A DNA stretch of 64,000 nucleotides, from the IMG/VR virus record IMGVR_UViG_3300043313_002348, positions 1 through 64,000 of that record; one strand, written 5' to 3'. A program made the translations under genes and the position numbers. Below the pieces are notes generated by a model. It searched no databases, was not told the DNA's origin, and saw only the letters and a program-made list of their open reading frames with translations. This stretch comes from a virus. Shown one piece after another: positions 29,898 to 40,429 of the stretch (position 1 is its first letter; every line of letters begins with the position of its first letter).

Positions 29898-31760
29898 ATG
29901 ACAGCCCAACTTCTCGAGGTTGTTGAGCATCCTCCGGGACTCGCCGACGTCAAGCTTCACCTCGTGGAAAACACGTCGGATGTGTTCGACTTCTGGCGGT
30001 GGCTCTCGGAGCAGAGTGAGGTCTGCCTCGACACCGAGACGACCGGTCTTAGCATTGAACGTGATCACGTTCGCCTCGTGCAGTTCGGTAACGAGGTCGA
30101 GGGTTGGGCGATCCCAATGGAGTTGTGGTCGGGTCTCGTCCGCGACGCGGTCGCGAGGTACGCCGGCTGGTACAACCTACACAACGCGCCCTTTGATGTC
30201 GGCATGCTTGATAAACACGGGATTCACGTGCCGATTCACAAGACGACCGACACCCGACTTCGCGCCCACACCCTGTGGTCCACCGGCTCGTTGGCGCTTA
30301 AGAAGCTCGGCGTGCAGCACGTCGATCCCGCGGCGGCGGTCGGGCAGGAGATCCTCGAGGACGCGATGCGTCGGAACGGGTGGACGTGGGCGACCGTACC
30401 GTGGAACTTCGAACCCTACTGGGCTTACGGCGCGCTCGACACGGTGATTACACGGCGTCTCGAAAGAAAACTTAAACCACTGGTCGACGCCGACGCGCCC
30501 GCTGCCTACGAGCTTGAGCACGCGGTGCAGTGGGTGACCATGAAGATGGAGCGTCGCGGCACACCCGTGGATCTCGAGTACGTGCGAACTCTTGCGACGG
30601 AGATGAGGCAGTACGTCGCGCAGGTGGAGGAGTGGTGTCAACAGGTCTACGGCGTCAAACCCGGTTCCAACGACAAGATCGTGGAGATCCTCCGGCGCGA
30701 CGGCGTCAACCTCGTGAAGCGAACACCGAACGGCTCAAAGCTCGCGCTGGACGCGGAGGTGTTGAGTCGGGTGATGGAGGAGACGGGTCACCCACTCGCC
30801 GGCGCGGTCTTGGGTCGACGTAAGGCCGACAAGGCCGTGGGTACGTACCTCGACAACTACCTGCAGCTCACCGACGCCGACGGTCTCATTCACCCGTCGA
30901 TCAACACGGTGGGTGGTACCGATCAGAACATGTTCGAGCCAGGTGGTGGTCAGGGGGTTCGCACCGGACGCATGTCGATGTCGGATCCTAATCTGCAGAA
31001 CGTACCGACTCGCACCGTCATGGGTGATCGGATCCGCAACAGCTTCAAGGCTCGCGAAGGTTACAGGTGGTTGAAGGCGGACTTCTCGCAGATCGAGATG
31101 CGCGTCATTGGCTTTCTCGCGAACGGGTACGATCAGTCTCTCCTCAACGCGTTTCTCACACCAGGTGACTTCTTCGTCAACATGGGCCGTGAGATCTTCG
31201 AAGATCCTAAATTCGCGAAGTCAGATCCTCGACGACAATATGTGAAGAACGGCGGGTACGCCCGCGCGTACGGTTCGGGAATCCGGAAGTTCGCCTTGAC
31301 GGTTGGCACGGACGAGGAGACCGCCGCCGCGTTCCTACAGCGCTTCGACGCGACGTACCCGGGTATCAAGGCGATGCAGCGCGCCACCGAGCGTCAAGCC
31401 CGGGAGAACCTGGCGAACGAGGGAGTCGCGTACGTTCGATCTCATATCACCGGACGTAAGCACACGAGTGACGAGTCGAACCTCTACAAGATCGTGAACT
31501 ACCTTGTGCAGGGTACCGCGGGTGAGCTACTGAAGATCAAGATTCTCGAGGCGGACGCCGCGGGACTTGATCCGTACATGCTCTTTCCGGTGCACGACGA
31601 GCTTGACCTCGAGGTTCCTGAGCAAGAGTTCACGGAGGTGTTTCACACACTTCACGGAATCATGAACGACGATAAGATCTTAGCACCTGTGCCGGTCACC
31701 GCGTCGATCTCGGCGGGGGAGCGGTGGGGTTCACTTGAAGATGTGAGGTTAGCGGCGTAA
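29898..31760 (+). CDS. polA: Family A DNA polymerase with 3'-5' exonuclease
   Basis: LDTET, HNAPFD, RTGRMS.SDPNLQN, ADFSQIEMR, K...Y...YG and VHDE. Confidence 0.95.
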   Translation: MTAQLLEVVEHPPGLADVKLHLVENTSDVFDFWRWLSEQSEVCLDTETTGLSIERDHVRLVQFGNEVEGWAIPMELWSGLVRDAVARYAGWYNLHNAPFDVGMLDKHGIHVPIHKTTDTRLRAHTLWSTGSLALKKLGVQHVDPAAAVGQEILEDAMRRNGWTWATVPWNFEPYWAYGALDTVITRRLERKLKPLVDADAPAAYELEHAVQWVTMKMERRGTPVDLEYVRTLATEMRQYVAQVEEWCQQVYGVKPGSNDKIVEILRRDGVNLVKRTPNGSKLALDAEVLSRVMEETGHPLAGAVLGRRKADKAVGTYLDNYLQLTDADGLIHPSINTVGGTDQNMFEPGGGQGVRTGRMSMSDPNLQNVPTRTVMGDRIRNSFKAREGYRWLKADFSQIEMRVIGFLANGYDQSLLNAFLTPGDFFVNMGREIFEDPKFAKSDPRRQYVKNGGYARAYGSGIRKFALTVGTDEETAAAFLQRFDATYPGIKAMQRATERQARENLANEGVAYVRSHITGRKHTSDESNLYKIVNYLVQGTAGELLKIKILEADAAGLDPYMLFPVHDELDLEVPEQEFTEVFHTLHGIMNDDKILAPVPVTASISAGERWGSLEDVRLAA

Positions 31761-31787
31761 GATCTTGCCACTGCGAGTGAAAGAGAC

Positions 31788-32231
31788 GTGAAAGAGATGG
31801 CCAACCGAAGACCTGCGCGAAAGACGACGCAGGTTCGACGACACGTTCGGAAGTTGAAGTCAGGTAAGCACGTCGTGGTCCGGCAGCACGTCCGCCAAGA
31901 CGTCGTCGGACAGAAGCTCACGAGCGCGCTCAACAGATCTCACCGCACTCCCGCACCGTACCGTTACATCGCGAACCGGAAACGTGCGTGGCAGCGCGTA
32001 CGCCGGTCCGCGCGGCACTTCGGTCGACGACGTAAGACCGCAGGTCTCATGCTCGCGGTCGGCGCGTTGGTCGAGTTCATCATGTGGCTCCTCCTGCGGG
32101 GTACCGGCGTGATCGTAGGCGCCTTGGTACTTATCTTAGGCACGGTAGCCGCGTTCGGCATCTCGCGTTCGACGTTCGACGCGCCGCGGTACGGCGGTAG
32201 TCACCGTAAGAAGGGTCGGTTTGACGAGTGA
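31788..32231 (+). CDS. Basic membrane protein
   Basis: Arg/Lys-rich N-terminus and two TM segments. Confidence 0.55.
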   Translation: MKEMANRRPARKTTQVRRHVRKLKSGKHVVVRQHVRQDVVGQKLTSALNRSHRTPAPYRYIANRKRAWQRVRRSARHFGRRRKTAGLMLAVGALVEFIMWLLLRGTGVIVGALVLILGTVAAFGISRSTFDAPRYGGSHRKKGRFDE

Positions 32232-32710
32232 CAGATCAGGTCTTTATCGTGGGCTGCGATCCAGGTACCAGCGCCGGCATCCGCATACTCGATCCCGACG
32301 GATACTCTCACCTTGCGTGGCAAGGTGCGTGGGAGAACGCCGGCACGATCGTTCGTGATTTTCTTCGCGATCTCTCTCACGCGGCGACCGCGGTGCTCGT
32401 GACCGAGCGTTTTACCGTCGGCTCGCGAGGAAAAGTCATGACGCGGCAGACGATCCCGCAGGAGCTTAACGCGATACTTCGGGGGCTTACGCGGAACTTC
32501 GACGTTACGTATCTCGAGCAGGGACCGAGTGATGTGAAGAAGTTAGCGAACGACGCGCTTCTTCGTGACCTAGATCTCTACCTCACCGGTAAGATGATCG
32601 GTCAGGGTGACGCGAACGACGTGAACGACGCGACACGTCACGCCGTGTACTACCTCGCGACGAAGCGTGCTACCGTGTTCACTCAACGACTCGGAGTGCG
32701 AGTGAAGTGA
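32228..32710 (+). CDS. RuvC-like Holliday junction resolvase
   Basis: VGCDPG, VTERF and NDATRHA. Confidence 0.75.
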   Translation: MTDQVFIVGCDPGTSAGIRILDPDGYSHLAWQGAWENAGTIVRDFLRDLSHAATAVLVTERFTVGSRGKVMTRQTIPQELNAILRGLTRNFDVTYLEQGPSDVKKLANDALLRDLDLYLTGKMIGQGDANDVNDATRHAVYYLATKRATVFTQRLGVRVK

Positions 32711-32763
32711 GGACGCGCCGTACCTCGGCGTTACGATCGACGTAGCTGGAATCGACGTTAGGA

Positions 32764-33186
32764 ATGACGATGGGTTTTCCTCACTACTCCACAGACTGTG
32801 ACGAGTATCACGACGTGGTGTTCGATCATCCCGGGCATGCTGACGACGCCACGCAGCGACTCGTGTACGGGCTGAAGTACCGCGCCACCCTCTCGAGCGC
32901 GACGCTGCAGGCCCTCGACGCCGAGGCCGTGCGCGCACACCTCAAGCACGTTCAGCCTGAGCACGGCGGGGGCTCGATCTTCGATCCCGAGCTCCCGGTC
33001 CTTACGAAGCTCTCCGCGCTCGGTGAGGAGTTCGGTGAGGTCTGCCGGCTACTCACCTACGACGGCGGTCGCGTGTACAAGCTCGACGACCGGGAGCGAC
33101 GGCAAGAGCTTATGAAGGAGCTGCTCCAGACCGCGAACGTCGCTCTCACGTGGTATCAGTCGCTCGCGGGCGACGAGGAGGACTGA
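32764..33186 (+). CDS. MazG-like nucleotide pyrophosphohydrolase
   Basis: LGEEFGEV...KELLQTANV. Confidence 0.7.
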   Translation: MTMGFPHYSTDCDEYHDVVFDHPGHADDATQRLVYGLKYRATLSSATLQALDAEAVRAHLKHVQPEHGGGSIFDPELPVLTKLSALGEEFGEVCRLLTYDGGRVYKLDDRERRQELMKELLQTANVALTWYQSLAGDEED

Positions 33187-33189
33187 ACT

Positions 33190-33393
33190 GTGGGTGATGA
33201 TCGCACAGAGGCTCAGGAGATCTTGGGCGAGGGTGTTCACACGGCGTTCCGCAAGGCAACAGACGCGCCTCAGGCAGCGAAGATCCACCAGCTCATTAAC
33301 GAAATGGGCCCACTGGCCTGGGGTGAGTACGTTTCTTGGCTCGATGACGCGCTCTGTGTGATGGGATACAGTGCGATAGCCAAGGAGGACTAG
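33190..33393 (+). CDS. Hypothetical protein
   Basis: Fills the gap between operon genes. Confidence 0.5.
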   Translation: MGDDRTEAQEILGEGVHTAFRKATDAPQAAKIHQLINEMGPLAWGEYVSWLDDALCVMGYSAIAKED

Positions 33394-33395
33394 CG

Positions 33396-35306
33396 GTGGC
33401 GGTAGCCCAGCTCGACCCGGAGGCACCTGACAAGTTCATACTACTTGAGACGGGCTGGAGTGAGCAGGCGCTCGCCCGCCAGATCCCCGGGTCTCGCTGG
33501 GATACCACACGTAAGAGGTGGACGATTCCGCTTACCTGGAACGCCTGCCTCGCACTCCAGGGTATCATTCCGGGCGTGGACGTCCAACCCGACCTACTCA
33601 CGTGGTCCGCGCGCGAGCGCACGACGCGCGTGGACGCGTGTCTCACCCTCCGTGACCTCATCGACTGGCCCGCGGACTGGAGCGATCCTGGCTTCAACCC
33701 GGATCTCTACCCGTACCAGAAGGTGGTCAACTACATGGCCATCCTCGCGGGACGTTCGTTTATCTTCGGTGACGAGGTCGCGTGTGGTAAGGGTGTCCAA
33801 GTTTTGACCACTCTTCGTCTACTCTATCAACTCGGTCAGCCGGTCTTGCGTGGGATCATCGTCTGCCCGAACAGCGTGAAGCGTCACTGGTCGCGAGAGA
33901 TTCCTCGGTGGTTCCCGGAGGCCGTTCCGTACGTGATCAGCGGTACGGCGAGGCAGCGTAAGGACACGATCGCGCTGGCGTCCGCGGATCCCAACTCGAT
34001 CATGATCGTGAACTACGAGGCGATGCGTCTACTGAGTCGACTCGCGCCGTACGGCTCGATCAAACTTAAGCGATGTCGCGACTGCGACCGCTACACGGGA
34101 GATGAGACACTTACACCCGCGCGCTGCGAGGTACACCCGAAGGTCTTCAACTCGATCCCATTCGTGACGTTTATCGTCGACGAGGCGCACCGGCTGAAGG
34201 ATCCCGTGGCGAAGCAGACGCGCGCGTGCTGGGCTGTCGCCCACCAGTCGTCCGTGAAACGTGCCTGGGCGATGACCGGAACCGCCATCGCGCGGCACGT
34301 CGGTGACCTGTGGTCGATCCTGCACTGCGTCGACCCCGCGAAGTATCCCGTGAGATCGAAGTGGCTCGACCGCTACGCGCTCATGTCGTACGGCACTCAC
34401 GGCGGGTTGGAGGTCATCGGCCTACGCCCCGACACGGCGGCCGAGTTCTACGCCTCCCTCTATCCTTCTTACCGTCGCATGACCGCCGCGCTGGTGGACG
34501 AGCAGCTCCCGCGGATGATCTACGTTCCGCGTACCGTCGAGATGCCACCCGCGCAGCGTAAGCGTTACCACGAACTTGACACTAAGTTAAAGACGTACAC
34601 CGAGGACGGTCAACTCTTCATCGCACCTAACAACCTCGTGGCGAAGACGCGTCTCATGCAGCTCGCCGCTGGTAACGTGACCATCGAGCTACCACCCGGT
34701 AAGAATCCCGATGACGTAAGTGACTGGGAGGTACACATCACCGAGCCGTCGCCGAAGCTCGACGAGCTTGCCCTTATTCACGAGGAACTCGACGGCGAGC
34801 CGTACGTGCTCGGCGGTATTCATAAGGAGTTACTCTACCTCGCCGCGAAGCGGTATGAGAAGCAAGGCGTTCGTTACATGATGGCGACGGGTGACCAGTC
34901 TGAGTACGAACGTGATCAGGCGCTGCAGGCTCTCAACGCCGGTCGCATTCAAGTGTTGATCACGACGATCAGCGCGAGCAAGGAGGGCATTAACTTCGCC
35001 GAAGCTGTTACCACTATGGTGAAGTTGCAGCGGTCGTGGTCACTTATCGAGGAGATCCAGTTCAACGGACGTCACGCTCCCGCGCGGCGCGTTGGCGAGG
35101 GTCGACTTCGGGCATCACGTATCATCGACGTCATTACCGAGGGAACGTGCGAGGAAGCTCAGTTGGTACGATTGGCCCAGCGACGTGAGCAACTTGAGCA
35201 GATCAACCGCGACCGACTCGCGCTGGTGAAGCAGGGTCGCGACACGACCGCACTTGACGTGGCTTACCAAGACGTTCTCAACACCGACGTCGGCACTCCC
35301 ACCTAG
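33396..35306 (+). CDS. SNF2-like SF2 helicase
   Basis: DEVACGK, VDEAH, MTGT and KEGIN. Confidence 0.88.
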   Translation: MAVAQLDPEAPDKFILLETGWSEQALARQIPGSRWDTTRKRWTIPLTWNACLALQGIIPGVDVQPDLLTWSARERTTRVDACLTLRDLIDWPADWSDPGFNPDLYPYQKVVNYMAILAGRSFIFGDEVACGKGVQVLTTLRLLYQLGQPVLRGIIVCPNSVKRHWSREIPRWFPEAVPYVISGTARQRKDTIALASADPNSIMIVNYEAMRLLSRLAPYGSIKLKRCRDCDRYTGDETLTPARCEVHPKVFNSIPFVTFIVDEAHRLKDPVAKQTRACWAVAHQSSVKRAWAMTGTAIARHVGDLWSILHCVDPAKYPVRSKWLDRYALMSYGTHGGLEVIGLRPDTAAEFYASLYPSYRRMTAALVDEQLPRMIYVPRTVEMPPAQRKRYHELDTKLKTYTEDGQLFIAPNNLVAKTRLMQLAAGNVTIELPPGKNPDDVSDWEVHITEPSPKLDELALIHEELDGEPYVLGGIHKELLYLAAKRYEKQGVRYMMATGDQSEYERDQALQALNAGRIQVLITTISASKEGINFAEAVTTMVKLQRSWSLIEEIQFNGRHAPARRVGEGRLRASRIIDVITEGTCEEAQLVRLAQRREQLEQINRDRLALVKQGRDTTALDVAYQDVLNTDVGTPT

Positions 35307-35453
35307 CGAGTAGGAAAATTACATGCCTGAGCGTTACCGCCCAAGTTGGGAAACACACTCCTTCGAGAGTGACATGTACGGTATGGCCATCGGCGTCGTG
35401 GTCCTCCTTCTCGCCCTAGCTGTGATCGTCTTCATCTTCTAAGAGGTGATGTA

Positions 35454-37154
35454 GTGCTTCCCGCAGGTCCGAACCAACTCACCGGCGCGTACGTCGCCGC
35501 GTTCCGTGAGCATCACAAGATCTCACGTGACACGTGGGCCGAGAAGGTAGGCATCACCGGTGGTCCGCAGTGGCGGATCGAGAAGAAGAACACCTTCAAG
35601 GAGTCCGAGCGCGCCGTGACGTGGAGCGCCGTGGAGGCACTCGGCGGTCCGATCGAACTTGACGTGATCGGTGAGGTAGCGCCGACGAACTTCCGCGGCG
35701 GCGACGGCGCCACCGGTAGCGGTGAAAAGAAGAAGTCAACCCGGCGAAGTAGCCTACCGCAGGTCGACCTCACCACTCCCGTGGTCTGTATCTCACCCGA
35801 GTTCGTCCCTCCCGCGTTCACCAACGACCACGGTGCGCCGACCGACCCGGCCGACGAGGAGGAAGTCTCGCCGTCCTTCGTCGTCACGACGGAGACACTG
35901 CCGATCGCGGAACCCGCGAACGTCATACCACTCCCCGCCGGCTGGGAACACTTCTACCCACCTTCCGATCCCCGTCACTTACATAGGTTTCTCCGCAACG
36001 AGAACCGATGTCTGAACGCGACCTGCGCGGCGACCGCGACCGGGTTTGACTCGGTAGCGGATCCGGACGAGATCACTCCCGAGAAGATCAAGGAACTTAT
36101 CCGGGTCGCCTCGGAAGTCGACACACCCTACGAGGGTCAAGTTCTCCCGGTGAAGGTCAGCGGTGACGTTCGCGCGCTGAGTAACTCCGAGATGGAGGAC
36201 GCACGCAGGTGTCGCCGGCGGTGGTGGTTGAGCTGGTACCTCGGCCTGCGTGAGAAGAACGAAGATAAGTTCGGTCACATGGCCATCGGCGACCGGGTTC
36301 ACCGCGCTCTCGCCGGCTGGTACGTGCCCGAGGGTCAGACACGCGTCGACCCGCGTGACGGTCTGGAACGTGCCATCGTCGAGGACTGGACCGTCGTCAA
36401 CGCGTGGGCGAACGACGCGGGTATGGACGCCGAGTACCTCGCGGGACTCGCCACACGCTACATGAAGGTGAACTCACTCGAGCGTGCCATGGTCGAAGGT
36501 TACGTGGAGTGGATCGCGGAGACCGGCGCCGACTCTCAGCTCGTGATTACCGGGTCGGAGGTCGCGCTGGCCGCGCCGGTTCAAGTTCAGGTGAACGGTG
36601 AACCGGTACCGGTCGAGATCATCGGTAAGCTCGACGCGCGCTACCACCGACTTAGCGACGGTCGCCGCGGGTTCATGGATCACAAGACCGTCGGGAGTCT
36701 CAAGGAGCCACTGCTCACGCTCGTAGGTAACAACCAGATGTACCAGTACATCCTACTCGAGTTTTTGAACACTCCGGACGGCGAGCTCGCCTGCGACACC
36801 GCTCTCTACAACATGCTTAGGCGTGTGAAGCGGACGGCGACGGCGAACCCACCCTTCTACGACCGGGTCGAGGTTCGTCACACCGTTCCTGAGCTTGAGT
36901 TCTACAAGACGGAGGTCGAGCAGGTCGCGACCGAGATCGTCGAGATGACCCGCAAGCTCGACGCCGGCGCCGACCCACTCAAGATCGCGTACCGCACGTG
37001 GCGTACCACGTGCAAGGACGACTGTCCACACTTCATGATCTGCCCGCTGTTCAACGACCGAGGTTCACGTGCCAACGACGCCCTCGCGGAGCGGTACGTG
37101 CAGACCGATCCGCTTAGGCGTTACGAAGGACTTGAGGTAGTTCGCCCGACGTAG
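35454..37154 (+). CDS. PD-(D/E)XK (Cas4/RecB-like) exonuclease with N-terminal extension
   Basis: SNSE...RCRRRW, GDRVH, GKLD...DHKT, Q..QY and C-terminal Cys cluster. Confidence 0.8.
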   Translation: MLPAGPNQLTGAYVAAFREHHKISRDTWAEKVGITGGPQWRIEKKNTFKESERAVTWSAVEALGGPIELDVIGEVAPTNFRGGDGATGSGEKKKSTRRSSLPQVDLTTPVVCISPEFVPPAFTNDHGAPTDPADEEEVSPSFVVTTETLPIAEPANVIPLPAGWEHFYPPSDPRHLHRFLRNENRCLNATCAATATGFDSVADPDEITPEKIKELIRVASEVDTPYEGQVLPVKVSGDVRALSNSEMEDARRCRRRWWLSWYLGLREKNEDKFGHMAIGDRVHRALAGWYVPEGQTRVDPRDGLERAIVEDWTVVNAWANDAGMDAEYLAGLATRYMKVNSLERAMVEGYVEWIAETGADSQLVITGSEVALAAPVQVQVNGEPVPVEIIGKLDARYHRLSDGRRGFMDHKTVGSLKEPLLTLVGNNQMYQYILLEFLNTPDGELACDTALYNMLRRVKRTATANPPFYDRVEVRHTVPELEFYKTEVEQVATEIVEMTRKLDAGADPLKIAYRTWRTTCKDDCPHFMICPLFNDRGSRANDALAERYVQTDPLRRYEGLEVVRPT

Positions 37155-37236
37155 CTCACGACATTCGCGTAGGTTCGCGTCGGTGATCTAGTAAGATGTA
37201 ACTGAAGTTGCCGAGAAAAGTGGAAGTGAGGAACCT

Positions 37237-38019
37237 GTGACAGCAGGTACCGCGCAGCTACCACCTCAACCTACGTTCGGGGTGGACCAACGTCTCTCGG
37301 TGCTCGTTCACGCGGGGGCGAAGGTGGGAAAGTCGACGTTCTCGGCGACCGCACCTGGACCTATGCTCGTGCTCGACGCCGAGGGATCGTGGCGGTTTAT
37401 CCCGCTTCGAAAGTTCTACTGGGATCCCATGAGTGGTCCGCCGCCGCAAGACGACAGTACGTGGGACGTGTGCGTGGTGACGGTCCGCACCTGGGAGGTG
37501 GTGCAGCGGACGTACGTGTGGTTGACGCAGTACATCACGCCGTTCGTCAGTGTGATCATTGACTCGATCACCGAGATTCAGCGCCGGTGCCGCGAGAACC
37601 TGGTCGGCACAGACGCGATGAAGATGCAAGACTGGGGCGTGCTGCTCGCGCGCATGGACAACGTGATTCGCGGGTTCCGCGACCTGACCCTCTACCCGCA
37701 ACTTAACATCCGCTGCGTGGTGTTTGTCGCCGAGACCCGCATGATCGACGGCAAGTATAAGCCGTCTATGCAGGGTCAGATCGGCGTCAGTCTTCCGTAC
37801 TGGGTGGACATCTGCGGCTACCTCATGCCCTTCCAACTCCCGGACGGCAACGGTCAGTCGACGGTCGAGGCGCGTCAACTGATCATTGTGCCGAACCCGA
37901 TGTACGAGGCAGGTGAGCGCGTCCAGGGTAAACTCCCACCGGCGATCCTCGTCCCGCGACCTGATCCGCAGCGGGTAGGAACCACGATCACAGAAATGAT
38001 GACAGCACTCTACAGCTAA
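37237..38019 (+). CDS. AAA ATPase, Sak4-like recombinase
   Basis: GAKVGKST, LDAEG, IIDSITE and QDWG. Confidence 0.8.
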   Translation: MTAGTAQLPPQPTFGVDQRLSVLVHAGAKVGKSTFSATAPGPMLVLDAEGSWRFIPLRKFYWDPMSGPPPQDDSTWDVCVVTVRTWEVVQRTYVWLTQYITPFVSVIIDSITEIQRRCRENLVGTDAMKMQDWGVLLARMDNVIRGFRDLTLYPQLNIRCVVFVAETRMIDGKYKPSMQGQIGVSLPYWVDICGYLMPFQLPDGNGQSTVEARQLIIVPNPMYEAGERVQGKLPPAILVPRPDPQRVGTTITEMMTALYS

Positions 38020-38033
38020 AGGAGTTAGCCCAC

Positions 38034-38975
38034 ATGGGCGCAGTTGACTTCAGTACCCTGCTCCAGCAGGCGAAGACCGTTTCCTTCGACGCGCTACCGA
38101 AGGCCGACTACACGATCCAGATCGTGGAGTCGGAGGCCACCAGCACGCAGGGTGGCAAGGACATGATCAAGGTGAAGGGTGCGGTCGTCGGCGGGCCGTA
38201 CAACGGTAAGAAGGTCTTCAACAACTTCGTCCTCTCCCCGGAGTCGGACGCGGCGCTCGCGATCTTCTTCCGCCAGATGGGTGCCCTCGGTGTGGACGAG
38301 GGAACGATCCTCCAGTGCTCTGGCGACGGAGGCATGGCCCGCTTGGCCGCCCTCCTGCAGAACCGCACGGCCGTGTGGTCTCTCGACACCCGCGAGTGGG
38401 GTGGCACCACGCGCAACGAGGTCAAGGCGATCAAACCGCTGCCCGCGGGTTCGGGTGCGCCGCCGGTCGCGGGACTTCCAGCCCCCACACCCGCGGCTCC
38501 CACCGGGATTCCGGCGGCGCTTCCGGGACTCCCCGGAATGCCGCAAGCGTCGCCGACCCCGACCGGCTTCGCCTCACCCACGGGTCTTCCGGGTCTCCCA
38601 GGTACTCCCGCCGCTCCCACCGCGGCGAACGGCGCCGCGACACCGCCTCCCGCACTCCCGGGTATGCCGGCGCTCGCCGGGATCCCACCGCAGGCGACGC
38701 AGCCGGATCCCGCCGCGCCGCAGGTGATCGCACAGCCTCAACCCACTCAGGTGGTCGCACCTCAGGTGCCGGCGCAGCCGGTCACGCCACCCGCGCCGGC
38801 GGCGCTGGTGCCCATCGCGGTACCACCGGCGGGCTACGAGGCCTACGCCGCGCAGTGGCCAACCTTCACCCCGGAGCAGCAGCACCAGGTGTACCAGGCT
38901 GCCGGCGTCCCGGTACCGGCGTCGGAGGTTCCGGCGCCACCCGCCACACCCGCACCACCCCCACTCCCGTTCTAA
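38034..38975 (+). CDS. DUF669-like single-stranded DNA-binding protein with Pro/Ala-rich tail
   Basis: FDALP..DY...GPYNGKKVF...RNEVK; ends in LPF; follows the Sak4-like gene. Confidence 0.7.
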   Translation: MGAVDFSTLLQQAKTVSFDALPKADYTIQIVESEATSTQGGKDMIKVKGAVVGGPYNGKKVFNNFVLSPESDAALAIFFRQMGALGVDEGTILQCSGDGGMARLAALLQNRTAVWSLDTREWGGTTRNEVKAIKPLPAGSGAPPVAGLPAPTPAAPTGIPAALPGLPGMPQASPTPTGFASPTGLPGLPGTPAAPTAANGAATPPPALPGMPALAGIPPQATQPDPAAPQVIAQPQPTQVVAPQVPAQPVTPPAPAALVPIAVPPAGYEAYAAQWPTFTPEQQHQVYQAAGVPVPASEVPAPPATPAPPPLPF

Positions 38976-39061
38976 CGTCCCTCGTTCGTCGACTAGGTCG
39001 GGTGACGGAACCGTGACGCCGGGTGCCGTCACCTGATCACTTACTAAGATAAGGAGTTCAC

Positions 39062-40429
39062 GTGCGCGTCGGGTACGCTAAGCTCGGGCAGCGCATCGCG
39101 CTCGGTGCGGGAGACGACTGGTCCTCGATCGGCAGCGACCGCGACGAACCTACCGTCCTGCGGCAACTCGCGCAGCGCAACCCGCATCACGAGTTCGTAC
39201 TCGTAGGAATGAACACGGGACCTCCTCTCGCCGACCTCGGATTTCCCTCGAACATCGTGAATCCGTGGGAGGAAGGTCTCCGCGGCGAGGTACGTGATGG
39301 TCTCGCCGTGGTGAGGCGTCAACACATGAACGGCGCTAAGGGTCTCACGCCCACTGGCCGGAACGAGGTCATTAGGCTGTACGACAACCTCACGGCACAC
39401 CTCTTCAAGGGTCTCGACGCTCTTGTGATCTGGGCGGGAACGCACGGCACCTCGAACTCACCTATGCCGGGTATCGTGAAGAGTACGCGCGGACGCTGGA
39501 CCTATCCGCAAGATCAGTACGTCACGTACGGCGCGTACCTCCTGCGTGGCATAAGCGTCTGGCGTGAACCTGATCCCCTCGGCCGAGAGGAGATCTGGCT
39601 CTGCCCCGACGCGCGTAACATACTTAAACATCACGACGCGAAGTGGCCTCGTCGTCACCCCGTCCTCGGCCAGTTTAACCTCCGCTACCGCTCGGTGTGC
39701 TGCCGTTACGGGGACGAACGTGAACCCGAGGCCTGTGGCTTCCCAGACGCGCGGTGGCACTCCGGACGTGATTACTGGGTCGCTACTGACACGTATGTCG
39801 GCTCGACGTTGGAGATCTGCGGGGTACACCCGGGAAGTTTTGAGGGTGGCTACGCGTGGCATGACCGCTGCCGGTTCGGCATGTTCGTCAACGAAGCCGG
39901 GACGAACGTGCCGGATTACCTGAGCCGCAAGGTGGCCCTGCGTGACTGGGTACTCCCACTCGGCTACGACTGGCTTCACGGAAACTGGACCACGCGATCA
40001 CTTACCGAACTGGGTGTGAGCATCGAACCCGCGCCTACCGCGGACTACTACCCCATCCTCTGCTCCGCGCGGTCGACGTTCACCACGCCGTCGTCCGGGT
40101 CGGGGTGGGCGACCGCGAAGCCGTGGGAGGCGTTCGGCGTCCGCACCGTCTGCTTCTTTCATCCCGAGTACGATACCCAGGGTCACATTATTCCGACACT
40201 CGCGCAGGTCGAGGCGGGTACAGTGGAAGACGTCGAGCTCGCGCACCTCGCGCGCTGGCTTCGGGTCAGCACGCCCGAGCAGCTACGCGAGCGGGTCGAC
40301 TGGGTCAACCGGGATGAAGGTGTGTGGTCCTGGCTCACTCAAGCACAGTACAATCTGTTCAGGCGTACGTACGACGCGCGGCCTTACCTGAGGAAGATCG
40401 AGGAGAGAATTAGTGGGAAAGCATCGTGA
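39062..40429 (+). CDS. DNA glycosyltransferase, T4 beta-glucosyltransferase-like (GT-B fold)
   Basis: C-terminus TAKPWEAF...HPEYDTQGHII...RVSTPEQLRERV...AQYNL parallels the T4 BGT C-terminal pattern as recalled (TLRVWE...EEFDTKHRII...ELIDRV...IQHDIL). Confidence 0.7.
   Translation: MRVGYAKLGQRIALGAGDDWSSIGSDRDEPTVLRQLAQRNPHHEFVLVGMNTGPPLADLGFPSNIVNPWEEGLRGEVRDGLAVVRRQHMNGAKGLTPTGRNEVIRLYDNLTAHLFKGLDALVIWAGTHGTSNSPMPGIVKSTRGRWTYPQDQYVTYGAYLLRGISVWREPDPLGREEIWLCPDARNILKHHDAKWPRRHPVLGQFNLRYRSVCCRYGDEREPEACGFPDARWHSGRDYWVATDTYVGSTLEICGVHPGSFEGGYAWHDRCRFGMFVNEAGTNVPDYLSRKVALRDWVLPLGYDWLHGNWTTRSLTELGVSIEPAPTADYYPILCSARSTFTTPSSGSGWATAKPWEAFGVRTVCFFHPEYDTQGHIIPTLAQVEAGTVEDVELAHLARWLRVSTPEQLRERVDWVNRDEGVWSWLTQAQYNLFRRTYDARPYLRKIEERISGKAS

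Noticed and set aside
35454-37154. Cas4 as a CRISPR or array-acquisition gene
   Set aside because: It lies in the standard exonuclease-Sak4-SSB recombination module, far from the array; no link is visible
38440-38975. Repeat-like GC-rich stretch
   Set aside because: Explained by the Pro/Ala-rich protein tail
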